Shown: piece by piece, positions 20,110-28,163 of the stretch
How the letters are laid out: every line of letters begins with the position of its first letter
How positions within the stretch are numbered: position 1 is the first letter of the stretch
Sequence record: NC_055901.1
DNA: 40,000 bases
Source of the DNA: an uncultured phage cr130_1
Strand: one strand, 5' to 3'
The notes under the pieces: model-generated
The model's input: the letters and a program-made list of their open reading frames with translations, nothing else
Database searches by the model: none
What the model was told of the DNA's origin: nothing
Position numbers and translations under genes: made by a program

Positions 20110-20800
20110 AGAAATCCCGGCAAACTACTTAGTCGTTCCATACTATGAACATCTTATAGCAGTCGCAATGAAATGATTTAATAAAATTAAAGTAATTGTA
20201 TGATCATTATTAACGGCGATCTCTATTGCAGAGCCATTATGTTGTATATTACAAAGGGTATCTAGTTCCTATCAGGCTTCTAAATGGAAAGGTATGTAAT
20301 ATACAACAAATATTCATTTTTTACGGACTTATTGTACTCCTTAAGTCGTGGATTATGGATAACTAAAAGTAGATTAGCATAAGCCTGATTATTCACCGCA
20401 ATGAACAAAGAGAAGGCGGTAGTCATAGATCTGCATCTGTGACGAATCATACTACTGGTCTTACTTGCCAGTGAAGGAAGTATGACGGTTATATAATTCC
20501 TTAATATAACCAAACTTTATACTGTTGATGACAGTTGAATGCAGAATTTATTCCTGTAGGTGGGCCAATCACTTGCATCTAGACTACAGGATTTAGCAGT
20601 AGTGTGTGCCTACGATGAGGTACACATTATTGCTCTTTAGTCGTTCCGTACAAGGAGACATCTTATATGGTTCGCAATGAAACAAAATGATTGTTTAATT
20701 GTGTAGAGTGGAGAGACAAATCACCACCCACACATTTCATTGCTGACAACAAGAAATAGACTTGTACGCCATATTAATATATAGCGTTTCGTTGATTATT
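20110..20800 (+). ncRNA. Candidate structured long non-coding RNA region
   Basis: About 700 nt without an ORF on +; 13-bp inverted repeat TGTTGTATATTAC/GTAATATACAACA; hairpins CCTGTAG/CTACAGG and TGTGTGCCT/AGGTACACA; diverged repeat at both ends. Confidence 0.35.
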
Positions 20801-20820
20801 CACTAAAAATCAATATAATC

Positions 20821-21450
20821 ATGAACAAAATGGACGGAAGTGAATTGTCGGTATACAAGACTATCGCAATTCAAGTAGGACAAGCAAAAAAGGAAGGTGT
20901 AAACGGAAAGAAGTCAAGGTATGCTATCTTCTTTGTAAAGAACAAGAAAACACGTAACTGCAAAACACGTAAATTATTGTTCTTTGAAGAAGACGAACCA
21001 GCCCTAATCGAAGGACTACTCCAGTACAAAGTAGGCGAGAAAGTCAACGATCGATACAACATCGATATGAAGGCTTTACGTGAATCAGGCAATGAAGACC
21101 TCATGGACGGCTTATGGGAGTTCCCAGGCATGCAAGTTGTACCTTACGAACTTCGTAAAGGTTTGTGTTACATGAACAACGCAGACGGAAGCAAGGTTAC
21201 AACCAAAGATGGCACAGCTCTCATAGTTGACACCATTCAGGTGCTCGTACAGATTGACTACATCATCTCTGACGGTGACAAGATTAAAACAATCTACTTT
21301 GACGGTTTTGATCCAGACACACAAGGTCAGCGTATGGAGTCACGCTTCTTCAAAGAGCCTGTTGAAACAAACGTACACAACGGAGTACAAGTAGAGGTTG
21401 ATGATGCTGTTGACGCAGCAACCACAGCTTCAAACGGAGACCCATTCTAA
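20821..21450 (+). CDS. Possible single-stranded DNA-binding protein (acidic tail ending DPF)
   Basis: 209 aa, C-term EVDDAVDAATTASNGDPF; followed by a strong terminator. Confidence 0.4.
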   Translation: MNKMDGSELSVYKTIAIQVGQAKKEGVNGKKSRYAIFFVKNKKTRNCKTRKLLFFEEDEPALIEGLLQYKVGEKVNDRYNIDMKALRESGNEDLMDGLWEFPGMQVVPYELRKGLCYMNNADGSKVTTKDGTALIVDTIQVLVQIDYIISDGDKIKTIYFDGFDPDTQGQRMESRFFKEPVETNVHNGVQVEVDDAVDAATTASNGDPF

Positions 21451-21500
21451 AAACAAAAGAGCCCAAATGCCTATACGGCACGCGGGCTCCTTTTGTTTTA
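21451..21500. terminator. Strong (possibly bidirectional) terminator
   Basis: AAACAAAAGAGCCC...GGGCTCCTTTTGTTT. Confidence 0.8.
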
Positions 21501-21636
21501 CGGCAAATACCTAGAAAGTACAATGGTTGGCAGAATAATCTAAAAAAAGAAAGTTATATATTTATTAAATAAAAAAATACAAGAAGTAAAGCATTTGTTG
21601 AAAAGAATTAAGTAAACCGTTTAAATCATTATCAAA

Positions 21637-21849
21637 ATGAGAAAAAAGAATCAGTTTCACAGAGAAAATTGTGAGACAAGAATCAGAGAAGTCGTAAAAG
21701 ATATGTTCGGTAATACAATTATTTTATCCGGACAACATGCCTTTGAGTGGTCAATAACTATATATTCACACAACGTTTATACAAAGACCACATACAAAAA
21801 TGGCAAAGAAGCCAGAAAACAGTTTAAAAAATACAAAAATAAATACTAA
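21637..21849 (+). CDS. Hypothetical small basic protein
   Basis: 70-aa ORF with CATTATCAAAATG start context. Confidence 0.6.
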   Translation: MRKKNQFHRENCETRIREVVKDMFGNTIILSGQHAFEWSITIYSHNVYTKTTYKNGKEARKQFKKYKNKY

Positions 21850-21874
21850 ACTGTCTATTGGATTATGCGTAACT

Positions 21875-21904
21875 AACACTACGGTTCGTGAGAATAGTAG
21901 TGTT
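21875..21904 (+). promoter_or_regulatory. GGTTCGTGAGAATA-loop hairpin, copy 1
   Basis: AACACTAC-GGTTCGTGAGAATA-GTAGTGTT. Confidence 0.75.
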
Positions 21905-22025
21905 TAAACTCAGCTTGGGAGAGTATAAAATGTGTACTGATGAGACCAAGACGAAACTATTTATTGCATTTAATAGTATACTCATATTCATCTTATATGG
22001 TTTAAGCTTTTAATTTGTGGTTCTG

Positions 22026-22055
22026 AATATTACGGTTCATGAGAATAGTAATATT
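22026..22055 (+). promoter_or_regulatory. GGTTCGTGAGAATA-loop hairpin, copy 2
   Basis: AATATTAC-GGTTCATGAGAATA-GTAATATT. Confidence 0.75.
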
Positions 22056-22108
22056 TTTATAATCATGAGTATAATAAATAGTCTACAACAATTTTTATGT
22101 CCATATCT

Positions 22109-22138
22109 AGTGTCATTGCTCGTGAGAGTAGTAGCACT
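22109..22138 (+). promoter_or_regulatory. Degenerate copy 3 of the hairpin element
   Basis: AGTGTCAT-TGCTCGTGAGAGTA-GTAGCACT, one mismatch in the stem. Confidence 0.5.
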
Positions 22139-22231
22139 TTTTAAATTTTGAACATACAATAAATAGTATACACACGTAGGGTGTTGTAAAAATCACTCTT
22201 TTTAATTCTTGCCATAAAAAGAATTTAGTTT

Positions 22232-22263
22232 AAACATCATGGTTCGTGAGAATAGTGATGTTT
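22232..22263 (+). promoter_or_regulatory. GGTTCGTGAGAATA-loop hairpin, copy 4
   Basis: AAACATCAT..GTGATGTTT around GGTTCGTGAGAATA (9 bp incl. G-U). Confidence 0.75.
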
Positions 22264-22293
22264 CTTTAAAAGAAATCAGTTAACATAATCAAT

Positions 22294-22731
22294 ATGAAAA
22301 AAGTATTTCTCTTTTTGTTGCAATTGCTCATAGCAATTTTGATCCTTTTACCAGTATTTGCAATGAATCTAATGATGGATGCAAACGAACCTGTAGTAAA
22401 AGGATTGATCAAATGTGTATTAGTAATCATGTCAATAGATGTGATACTAGTGGTTCTTAACAAATATGCGCGCGAAAGCCCGTATGTTTACATCTCGTTA
22501 TTTATCTGTGTTATATCAACATGTTTGATGTATTACAGATTATATGTTGTGTCAGAAAATACGGAATTGAAGTATAAAGTAGCTTTATATAAAAAATATT
22601 ATAATGCTGCTGAAAACGTTCTTGACCAAATTACTGACATTGATGATCCGATCTGGTCTACAGATATCGGAGCAAAGTATCTTGAATATAACTATGCAGT
22701 AAATGAGCGACTTCAGGATACGAACGACTGA
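22294..22731 (+). CDS. Membrane protein (N-terminal TM helices)
   Basis: 145 aa; three hydrophobic segments. Confidence 0.6.
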   Translation: MKKVFLFLLQLLIAILILLPVFAMNLMMDANEPVVKGLIKCVLVIMSIDVILVVLNKYARESPYVYISLFICVISTCLMYYRLYVVSENTELKYKVALYKKYYNAAENVLDQITDIDDPIWSTDIGAKYLEYNYAVNERLQDTND

Positions 22732-22934
22732 GGTACATTTAAGACGTGATAAAAAATCTTCAATGTTTGTTTTAACAAAAATAGACAATGAAGGTTTTAG
22801 TCACACCTTATTTGTGTCTAAAAGAGAATTAGGTATGATCTACAAAAAGATTAAATCTATTATTGACGCTAAATAGTCTATAGCGTAATAAATGTTAGAC
22901 TAAAACCAGTTAAAAACCAAAAATCATTATCAAA

Positions 22935-23150
22935 ATGACAGGACCATTTGTAAAAATCGAATCATTATCAACATCACCTGTATACGTAAACACAGATAGT
23001 ATACAAAGTATCGAAAGTGAAGACGACGGTTCTATTAGAATAGAAACCGAAAATCGCGTTTGTTATGATGTAACACGAGTAAACGGCGTAAAGTGCGAAT
23101 CTATTGACGATGTCGCAGAAGCATTGAACAATACTTACGAAAACGATTAG
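22935..23150 (+). CDS. Small protein, paralog of 23154-23387; ends in TAG in frame with it
   Basis: ...RVCYDVTRVNGVKCESIDDVAEALNNTYEND. Confidence 0.65.
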   Translation: MTGPFVKIESLSTSPVYVNTDSIQSIESEDDGSIRIETENRVCYDVTRVNGVKCESIDDVAEALNNTYEND

Positions 23151-23153
23151 TGT

Positions 23154-23387
23154 ATGGAGAAATTCATAGTAATTACTACACCAACAGGTACAGTAGGCAT
23201 AAAGATCAAGGATATTAAAAGTGTCTACGAAGACGACAATCGTGAAGACATACTCGGAACTACCGAAGGTCTTAGTATCAAAACAACAGATTCAGTATTT
23301 CACAATATAACCGAAGTAAACGGTATTCATTGTGAAAATGTTGAAGATGTCGTATCTGAAATCAACGATACTATAGAAAGCTATTAA
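23154..23387 (+). CDS. Small protein, paralog of 22935-23150
   Basis: ...SVFHNITEVNGIHCENVEDVVSEINDTIESY. Confidence 0.65.
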   Translation: MEKFIVITTPTGTVGIKIKDIKSVYEDDNREDILGTTEGLSIKTTDSVFHNITEVNGIHCENVEDVVSEINDTIESY

Positions 23388-23554
23388 TGCTGTAATCGAA
23401 AATACACCTTACACAGTGTTAGTAGAAATAAATTTTGATATAAATAAACTCAACAAAGAAAATAAAGTAGACGAAAAACTATTTAATACTTTGTCGAGTT
23501 TAATTGACTCATGTTTGAACATCGCAATCAAAACAAAACACACAAACGACTTCT

Positions 23555-23797
23555 ATGAAGCAACCAAAAAAGACCTCAAGATGTATTAATCAAATACATC
23601 CACCAAGAAAAAAACATGCAATTAAAGACAAACTTGGTAACGACCGTAACAGATTATGGTTAAAGGATGGTAATACAACAATGTTGTTAACGAAGGGTAT
23701 AACTAGTTCAGCAGCACAAGTATTACAAAGAATGATAAAAACATTCTTAAATGCTAACGAACTTAAAACATCATTAACATTCTTAATAACAAAATGA
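23555..23797 (+). CDS. Hypothetical protein
   Basis: 80-aa ORF. Confidence 0.5.
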   Translation: MKQPKKTSRCINQIHPPRKKHAIKDKLGNDRNRLWLKDGNTTMLLTKGITSSAAQVLQRMIKTFLNANELKTSLTFLITK

Positions 23798-24204
23798 TAG
23801 ACGTAAAAAATCTTGTGACATACAATACTGCAATTGAACTTAAAACCTTAGGGTTTAACCAATTATGTACGTATTACTGCGTAGAAAAATTAGAAAAACC
23901 AAGAAGAAAAGGCAGAAAGTTCAATTGCATTTCAATGTCATATCCGACAAATTGGAATAATGTTGATCACAAGTCAACATTAACAAAAAAAGTAATATAT
24001 CCATATGTATCCATTCCAACTTTATATGAAGCAATAAGATGGGTATCTATGGAGATAGAAAAACGCTATATCCATCTGTCGACACAAAAAAGAACTGTTT
24101 TTAATACAATAAAACGTGTTTCAATAATTGAAGAATTGAACACAATTAAAATCGTACTAAAACAACTAATAAAAATCTTAATCTGGTTAAAGAAAACAAA
24201 TTGA
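23794..24204 (+). CDS. Hypothetical protein
   Basis: 136-aa ORF, ATGA overlap. Confidence 0.6.
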   Translation: MIDVKNLVTYNTAIELKTLGFNQLCTYYCVEKLEKPRRKGRKFNCISMSYPTNWNNVDHKSTLTKKVIYPYVSIPTLYEAIRWVSMEIEKRYIHLSTQKRTVFNTIKRVSIIEELNTIKIVLKQLIKILIWLKKTN

Positions 24205-24219
24205 TTCCAGACTTAATCA

Positions 24220-24636
24220 ATGGTAAGAAGTCCATTGAAAACAAAACTAATCAAAGTTATGACAAAAGAAAACAATTTTGATCCTGGACATTATATCGGC
24301 TTTGGAATACTTTTTTTACTTTTTACTTTAAGTATAGTAAAAGGTTGTGCACAAACAAAAGCACAGTATGACACCGTTATGTGTAAAACTGAATGTATTG
24401 ATAAGTACGTTGAAGAAAAGACAACATCTGGTAAAATCAGATATTATGCGATCTACAATGATACAAAAAATGACATTTCGGAGTTAATTCCTGTATCTCC
24501 AAGTGTCTTATCATACATCAAAATGTGTGAAGCAAACAACATCAAACCGTCATTGGGCATCAAGCTTAAAAACGGCCAAATATCGTCTATAATCCGATTC
24601 AAAAACAAATACATAAGAAAATGGGCAAAACGATAG
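24220..24636 (+). CDS. Hypothetical membrane-anchored protein
   Basis: TM segment HYIGFGILFLLFTLSIVKGC. Confidence 0.6.
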   Translation: MVRSPLKTKLIKVMTKENNFDPGHYIGFGILFLLFTLSIVKGCAQTKAQYDTVMCKTECIDKYVEEKTTSGKIRYYAIYNDTKNDISELIPVSPSVLSYIKMCEANNIKPSLGIKLKNGQISSIIRFKNKYIRKWAKR

Positions 24637-25040
24637 GAAGATTAGTACGAAGAAAAACAGTAAGCGGAAAACTCATCGGTCCGTATCTGTTCGTAGTAAA
24701 ATCAAGTAGATGGGACACATGTGTGCTTAATACAACAAGCAAGAAAAAGACTCTTCATTATATACAGAAGAAAAACATGCGTATAATGAAGAACTTGATT
24801 TTGCCTGTTGAAAGCAAAACGTTCAACAACATTGTACGTCGTAAGCAGAGAATCATCAATCACTCTATAACAACAAAATACAATGAAGTTTTTACAAAAG
24901 ACTTTGATGTCATTAAACTAATAAATGCGTATGGAGACTATGCTTACTTCAAATTTGTAAGCGCAGAACTTAAAGAGGATTTTGAAACAAAGAAACCTTA
25001 TATACGTATTTATTTAGGAGATTTAATTTACACAGATTAA
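24621..25040 (+). CDS. Hypothetical protein
   Basis: 139-aa ORF. Confidence 0.6.
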   Translation: MGKTIGRLVRRKTVSGKLIGPYLFVVKSSRWDTCVLNTTSKKKTLHYIQKKNMRIMKNLILPVESKTFNNIVRRKQRIINHSITTKYNEVFTKDFDVIKLINAYGDYAYFKFVSAELKEDFETKKPYIRIYLGDLIYTD

Positions 25041-25041
25041 T

Positions 25042-25227
25042 ATGAAAACACCTAAACCCGGACAATTTATGTTTATAAACAATAAATTATGTCGAGCTGC
25101 AAAAAGAACAAACGGGTGTAAAGGATGTATATTAGATGATATCTATTTATGCCCAAACATAAGTGATAAAAGATACCATAAAAGATTAAACTGTGAAGAA
25201 AATGGCATAATAATTGTAAAAGCATGA
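25042..25227 (+). CDS. Small Cys-rich protein
   Basis: FINNKLCRAAKRTNGCKGCILDDIYLCPN. Confidence 0.5.
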   Translation: MKTPKPGQFMFINNKLCRAAKRTNGCKGCILDDIYLCPNISDKRYHKRLNCEENGIIIVKA

Positions 25228-25421
25228 AAAAAGTTATTATTATAATATCGTGTATGTTATATGCATTAGCTATTGCATGTATGTATACTTTATATGAATT
25301 TATAAAGTGTTGTGGAGATATACCATTATGGTGTTGTACAGTTGTTACAACTGTACTAATCGGTACAATAATAATTTCTGTAATGGCAGGAACAATTTTA
25401 CTTGATGAATCATCAAGTTAA
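25224..25421 (+). CDS. Small membrane protein
   Basis: Two TM segments, ATGA overlap with previous gene. Confidence 0.5.
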   Translation: MKKVIIIISCMLYALAIACMYTLYEFIKCCGDIPLWCCTVVTTVLIGTIIISVMAGTILLDESSS

Positions 25422-25429
25422 CTGAATTT

Positions 25430-25461
25430 GTATACGGTGGTCGTTGCATACCACCGTATAC
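25430..25461. terminator. 12-bp perfect hairpin, possible terminator
   Basis: GTATACGGTGGT-CGTTGCAT-ACCACCGTATAC. Confidence 0.5.
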
Positions 25462-25583
25462 TTAACTTTGGTACACATTTAAGTGTGTATGTTGCGAAAA
25501 CAACCGAAGATGCAAAGGTTTATTCCAAGTTCCATAAAAACTGGATAAAAAGTTTATAAATTAATTAAAATCATTTATCAAAA

Positions 25584-26084
25584 ATGAAAAAAGACGAAAT
25601 GTTAAAACGATTTATTGACATCGTAACGTGTGTATTAGTTGTAATACTAATGCTCACATTGGCTTTTATTGCCTCTTCCTGCGATCAAAGACTGGAAAAG
25701 AAACAAGAGCCGTATGCAAAACACCAAAACGACTCTCTCTATGTAGTAAAAACCATAGATGAGGTACTAAACCCAAAGTTTAAAACTATAAATGAAGTTT
25801 GTCAGTATAAAAAACGATCTGCAGAAGAGTTCTATACAGATAGTCTTTTTATACACATGCCAAACAAGGTATTCATTAATGTAGCAACTGTTGTATACAA
25901 CAGGGATGGAATCTTAACAAAAGACGCCGTAATAAATGAATATATTCACGGAAAATCCATATATGACAATCTTATAGACAAACAATCACAAAAAGATACG
26001 ACATATAAAAAACAAACCATTGATACAATTATTGATGGTAAACATTTTCAGTTAATAGAGAAAGGAGAAACAAATGTTGAATAA
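25584..26084 (+). CDS. Hypothetical membrane-anchored protein
   Basis: TM segment followed by CDQRLEKK. Confidence 0.6.
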   Translation: MKKDEMLKRFIDIVTCVLVVILMLTLAFIASSCDQRLEKKQEPYAKHQNDSLYVVKTIDEVLNPKFKTINEVCQYKKRSAEEFYTDSLFIHMPNKVFINVATVVYNRDGILTKDAVINEYIHGKSIYDNLIDKQSQKDTTYKKQTIDTIIDGKHFQLIEKGETNVE

Positions 26085-26541
26085 ATCTGTTCAAACTATC
26101 GTGATTTGTTATTATGGTACACAACTCGTCGATTCTGATGTAAAAGCTATATCAGAATATATTAAAAAATATGCTACAAAAAATACCACAATTGATATCA
26201 AGGTAATTGATAGCAATGAACTTACAAAATTAGTTGCACAAAACGTTTATACAGGATTTAATCATGTAAACGATGATAATCCAGTAGAGAGTGCGTGTAT
26301 ACTAATTGGTACTTCATATTTTAGTATTCTATCAAAAAACAACTTGTTTATGCAAGATATAATCTTTGGTTATCAGTTAAGCGCGGATGCACAAGCTGCA
26401 GTAAATAACGGTAACAATAAAGCCTTACTTAATGCAATAAAAATCCTAAGCGAAACAGATCCGCCAGAGAATTTAAAAACAAAATATAGAATTACTCCAA
26501 AGATCTTGGATATGATTAAAAAAGTAGCATCAAACATCTAA
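26074..26541 (+). CDS. Hypothetical protein
   Basis: 155-aa ORF. Confidence 0.6.
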   Translation: MLNKSVQTIVICYYGTQLVDSDVKAISEYIKKYATKNTTIDIKVIDSNELTKLVAQNVYTGFNHVNDDNPVESACILIGTSYFSILSKNNLFMQDIIFGYQLSADAQAAVNNGNNKALLNAIKILSETDPPENLKTKYRITPKILDMIKKVASNI

Positions 26542-26724
26542 ACACAATACATATGTGTCAAAAAAAACAAAAACCGCAGAAATCAGAATATTCAAAACCA
26601 CGTCATGTACAAGCAAAACCGTATAAACGGGAAAAGAAAAACATACAGTGGAAAGATGAAGATGACGATTTCTAAATAATATCTTTTTATTAATTTAATT
26701 TATTAACATTTAAACATTATCAAA

Positions 26725-27222
26725 ATGGCAAAAGACAAAGAAACAAAGAAAGTGAATGTAACTACAGTAGATGAAGACAACGTAATGGAACAAATCCGCA
26801 AAGGTAATCTCATGCCTAGTACACTCCACGAAAAGGTAAAGGCAGAGATGGAACAAGAGAAGGAAGATAAACAAAAGAATCTTCTCAAAAGGGCCATCGG
26901 AAAAGCAACATTTGAACAACGTCGTACTCTTATTCAACTACGTGCTCGTCGTCGCGAGGACAAGATCACTAAAGAGAAACTCACTCGTGCAAGTGAGTTA
27001 CTTGACAAGCTTACAGGTATCTGCTCAAAGCCGGGCGATAACTTTAACAAGCCTCTGGACGAGAAGGAGCTGATTACTCCAACTCAGTACAAAACCGAGC
27101 TTGAAAAGCTCGACAGGGACATTTCAGACAAGATTAACGAGAGTAACAAAACCATGAACGAAGAGCTCAATGAGCTTTATGACTCAGAGATTGGTTGCTA
27201 TCGTTATAACTGGTACTGCTAA
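26725..27222 (+). CDS. Hypothetical Lys/Glu-rich protein with distinct codon usage
   Basis: 165-aa ORF, CATTATCAAAATG start context. Confidence 0.65.
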   Translation: MAKDKETKKVNVTTVDEDNVMEQIRKGNLMPSTLHEKVKAEMEQEKEDKQKNLLKRAIGKATFEQRRTLIQLRARRREDKITKEKLTRASELLDKLTGICSKPGDNFNKPLDEKELITPTQYKTELEKLDRDISDKINESNKTMNEELNELYDSEIGCYRYNWYC

Positions 27223-27585
27223 ATAAAAACCCTCTGAAGAGTCCTAAAATATATGTTTTCTCCGACAAAAGAGCCATTGAGCCATTGTATTAGAGAGGTA
27301 AGTAGTCGATATAGAGACGATGGGGTCACTTAGAGAAACACTATGAAACGAATTAACGTTTCCTGTAGAGTCTTAGAACCAGCAGGGAGAAAACATTACC
27401 GAATTCACGGTATAATAATATGAATAACATGATCAAAAAATTAGTTTAGTGAGTCATTGAACCTATAATTTCGTTAACACAAAGGTGTATTAACATTTTA
27501 TTCTAAACAAAATCAAAAATGTTGTAAAGCAACGTACAAGAACCTTTGAGTCAGTGCATCACTGCTTATGATTTAAGCATAAATA

Positions 27586-27660
27586 AAGCGTTCTAAGACA
27601 TTTAAATATGTTAAATGAAGTAGCTAATCATAAGACATACAAAAGTGTCTTAGAACGCTT
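27586..27660 (+). ncRNA. Long-range RNA hairpin (15-bp perfect inverted repeat)
   Basis: AAGCGTTCTAAGACA ... TGTCTTAGAACGCTT, 45-nt loop. Confidence 0.5.
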
Positions 27661-27743
27661 AAAATAAGCTTAAATATGGTATTCTGCCTGATCAACAGAA
27701 TATTACAAAAGATATTTACGCGTATGAGATAATTTGGTAAGAC

Positions 27744-27768
27744 CTGGGTTCGACTCCCAGCACGTCCA
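27744..27768 (+). tRNA. Orphan tRNA 3' half (T-arm plus acceptor 3' strand)
   Basis: CTGGG TTCGACT CCCAG CACGTCC A; no matching upstream 5' acceptor strand found. Confidence 0.45.
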
Positions 27769-27790
27769 CACAATTATTGTAATGGTTATA

Positions 27791-27862
27791 GACTATTCCT
27801 CTAACGGTTAGGAGCTACGTGTTATACGTAGGAATCCAGATTCGACTCCTGGATAGTCGCCA
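27791..27862 (+). tRNA. tRNA-like element with encoded GCCA end
   Basis: GACTAT/ATAGTC, D-arm TCCT CTAACGGTT AGGA, CTACG TGTTATA CGTAG, T-arm CCAGA TTCGACT CCTGG; lacks the 8-9 linker and U33. Confidence 0.5.
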
Positions 27863-27986
27863 TACCTTTTAGGGCGTGTATTGGCATTTGATTACCAAAG
27901 GAAGTAAATACATTAAGCGTTTATATATTAAATTTAACTGACAACTATAATGTTGTAGATTATACTCACGTAGCGTGAGTTTAATC

Positions 27987-28054
27987 TGAGTGTTTCCTAC
28001 TAAAGTGGAGGAGAGTGTTATGGTATAAAACGCGGTTCGATTCCGCGACACTCA
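27987..28054 (+). tRNA. tRNA-like element with a collapsed anticodon arm
   Basis: Acceptor TGAGTGT/ACACTCA (7 bp), D-like CCT..AGG, T-arm CGCGG TTCGATT CCGCG. Confidence 0.5.
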
Positions 28055-28120
28055 CAACTAACATGATTAAACTAGCTTAACAAAAATGACAAAATTTTTA
28101 TACTTGTAACTGAGAATTAT

Positions 28121-28148
28121 AATACACGGTTCGTGAGAATAGTGTATT
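28121..28148 (+). promoter_or_regulatory. GGTTCGTGAGAATA-loop hairpin, copy 5
   Basis: AATACAC-GGTTCGTGAGAATA-GTGTATT. Confidence 0.75.
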
Positions 28149-28163
28149 TATTTATATTCGACT

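Noticed and set aside
27539-27553. 15-nt repeat AGAACCTTTGAGTCA also at 38103-38117
   Set aside because: Exact but only two copies, and weakly significant in AT-rich intergenic DNA. Kept only as a note because the second copy abuts the polB start.
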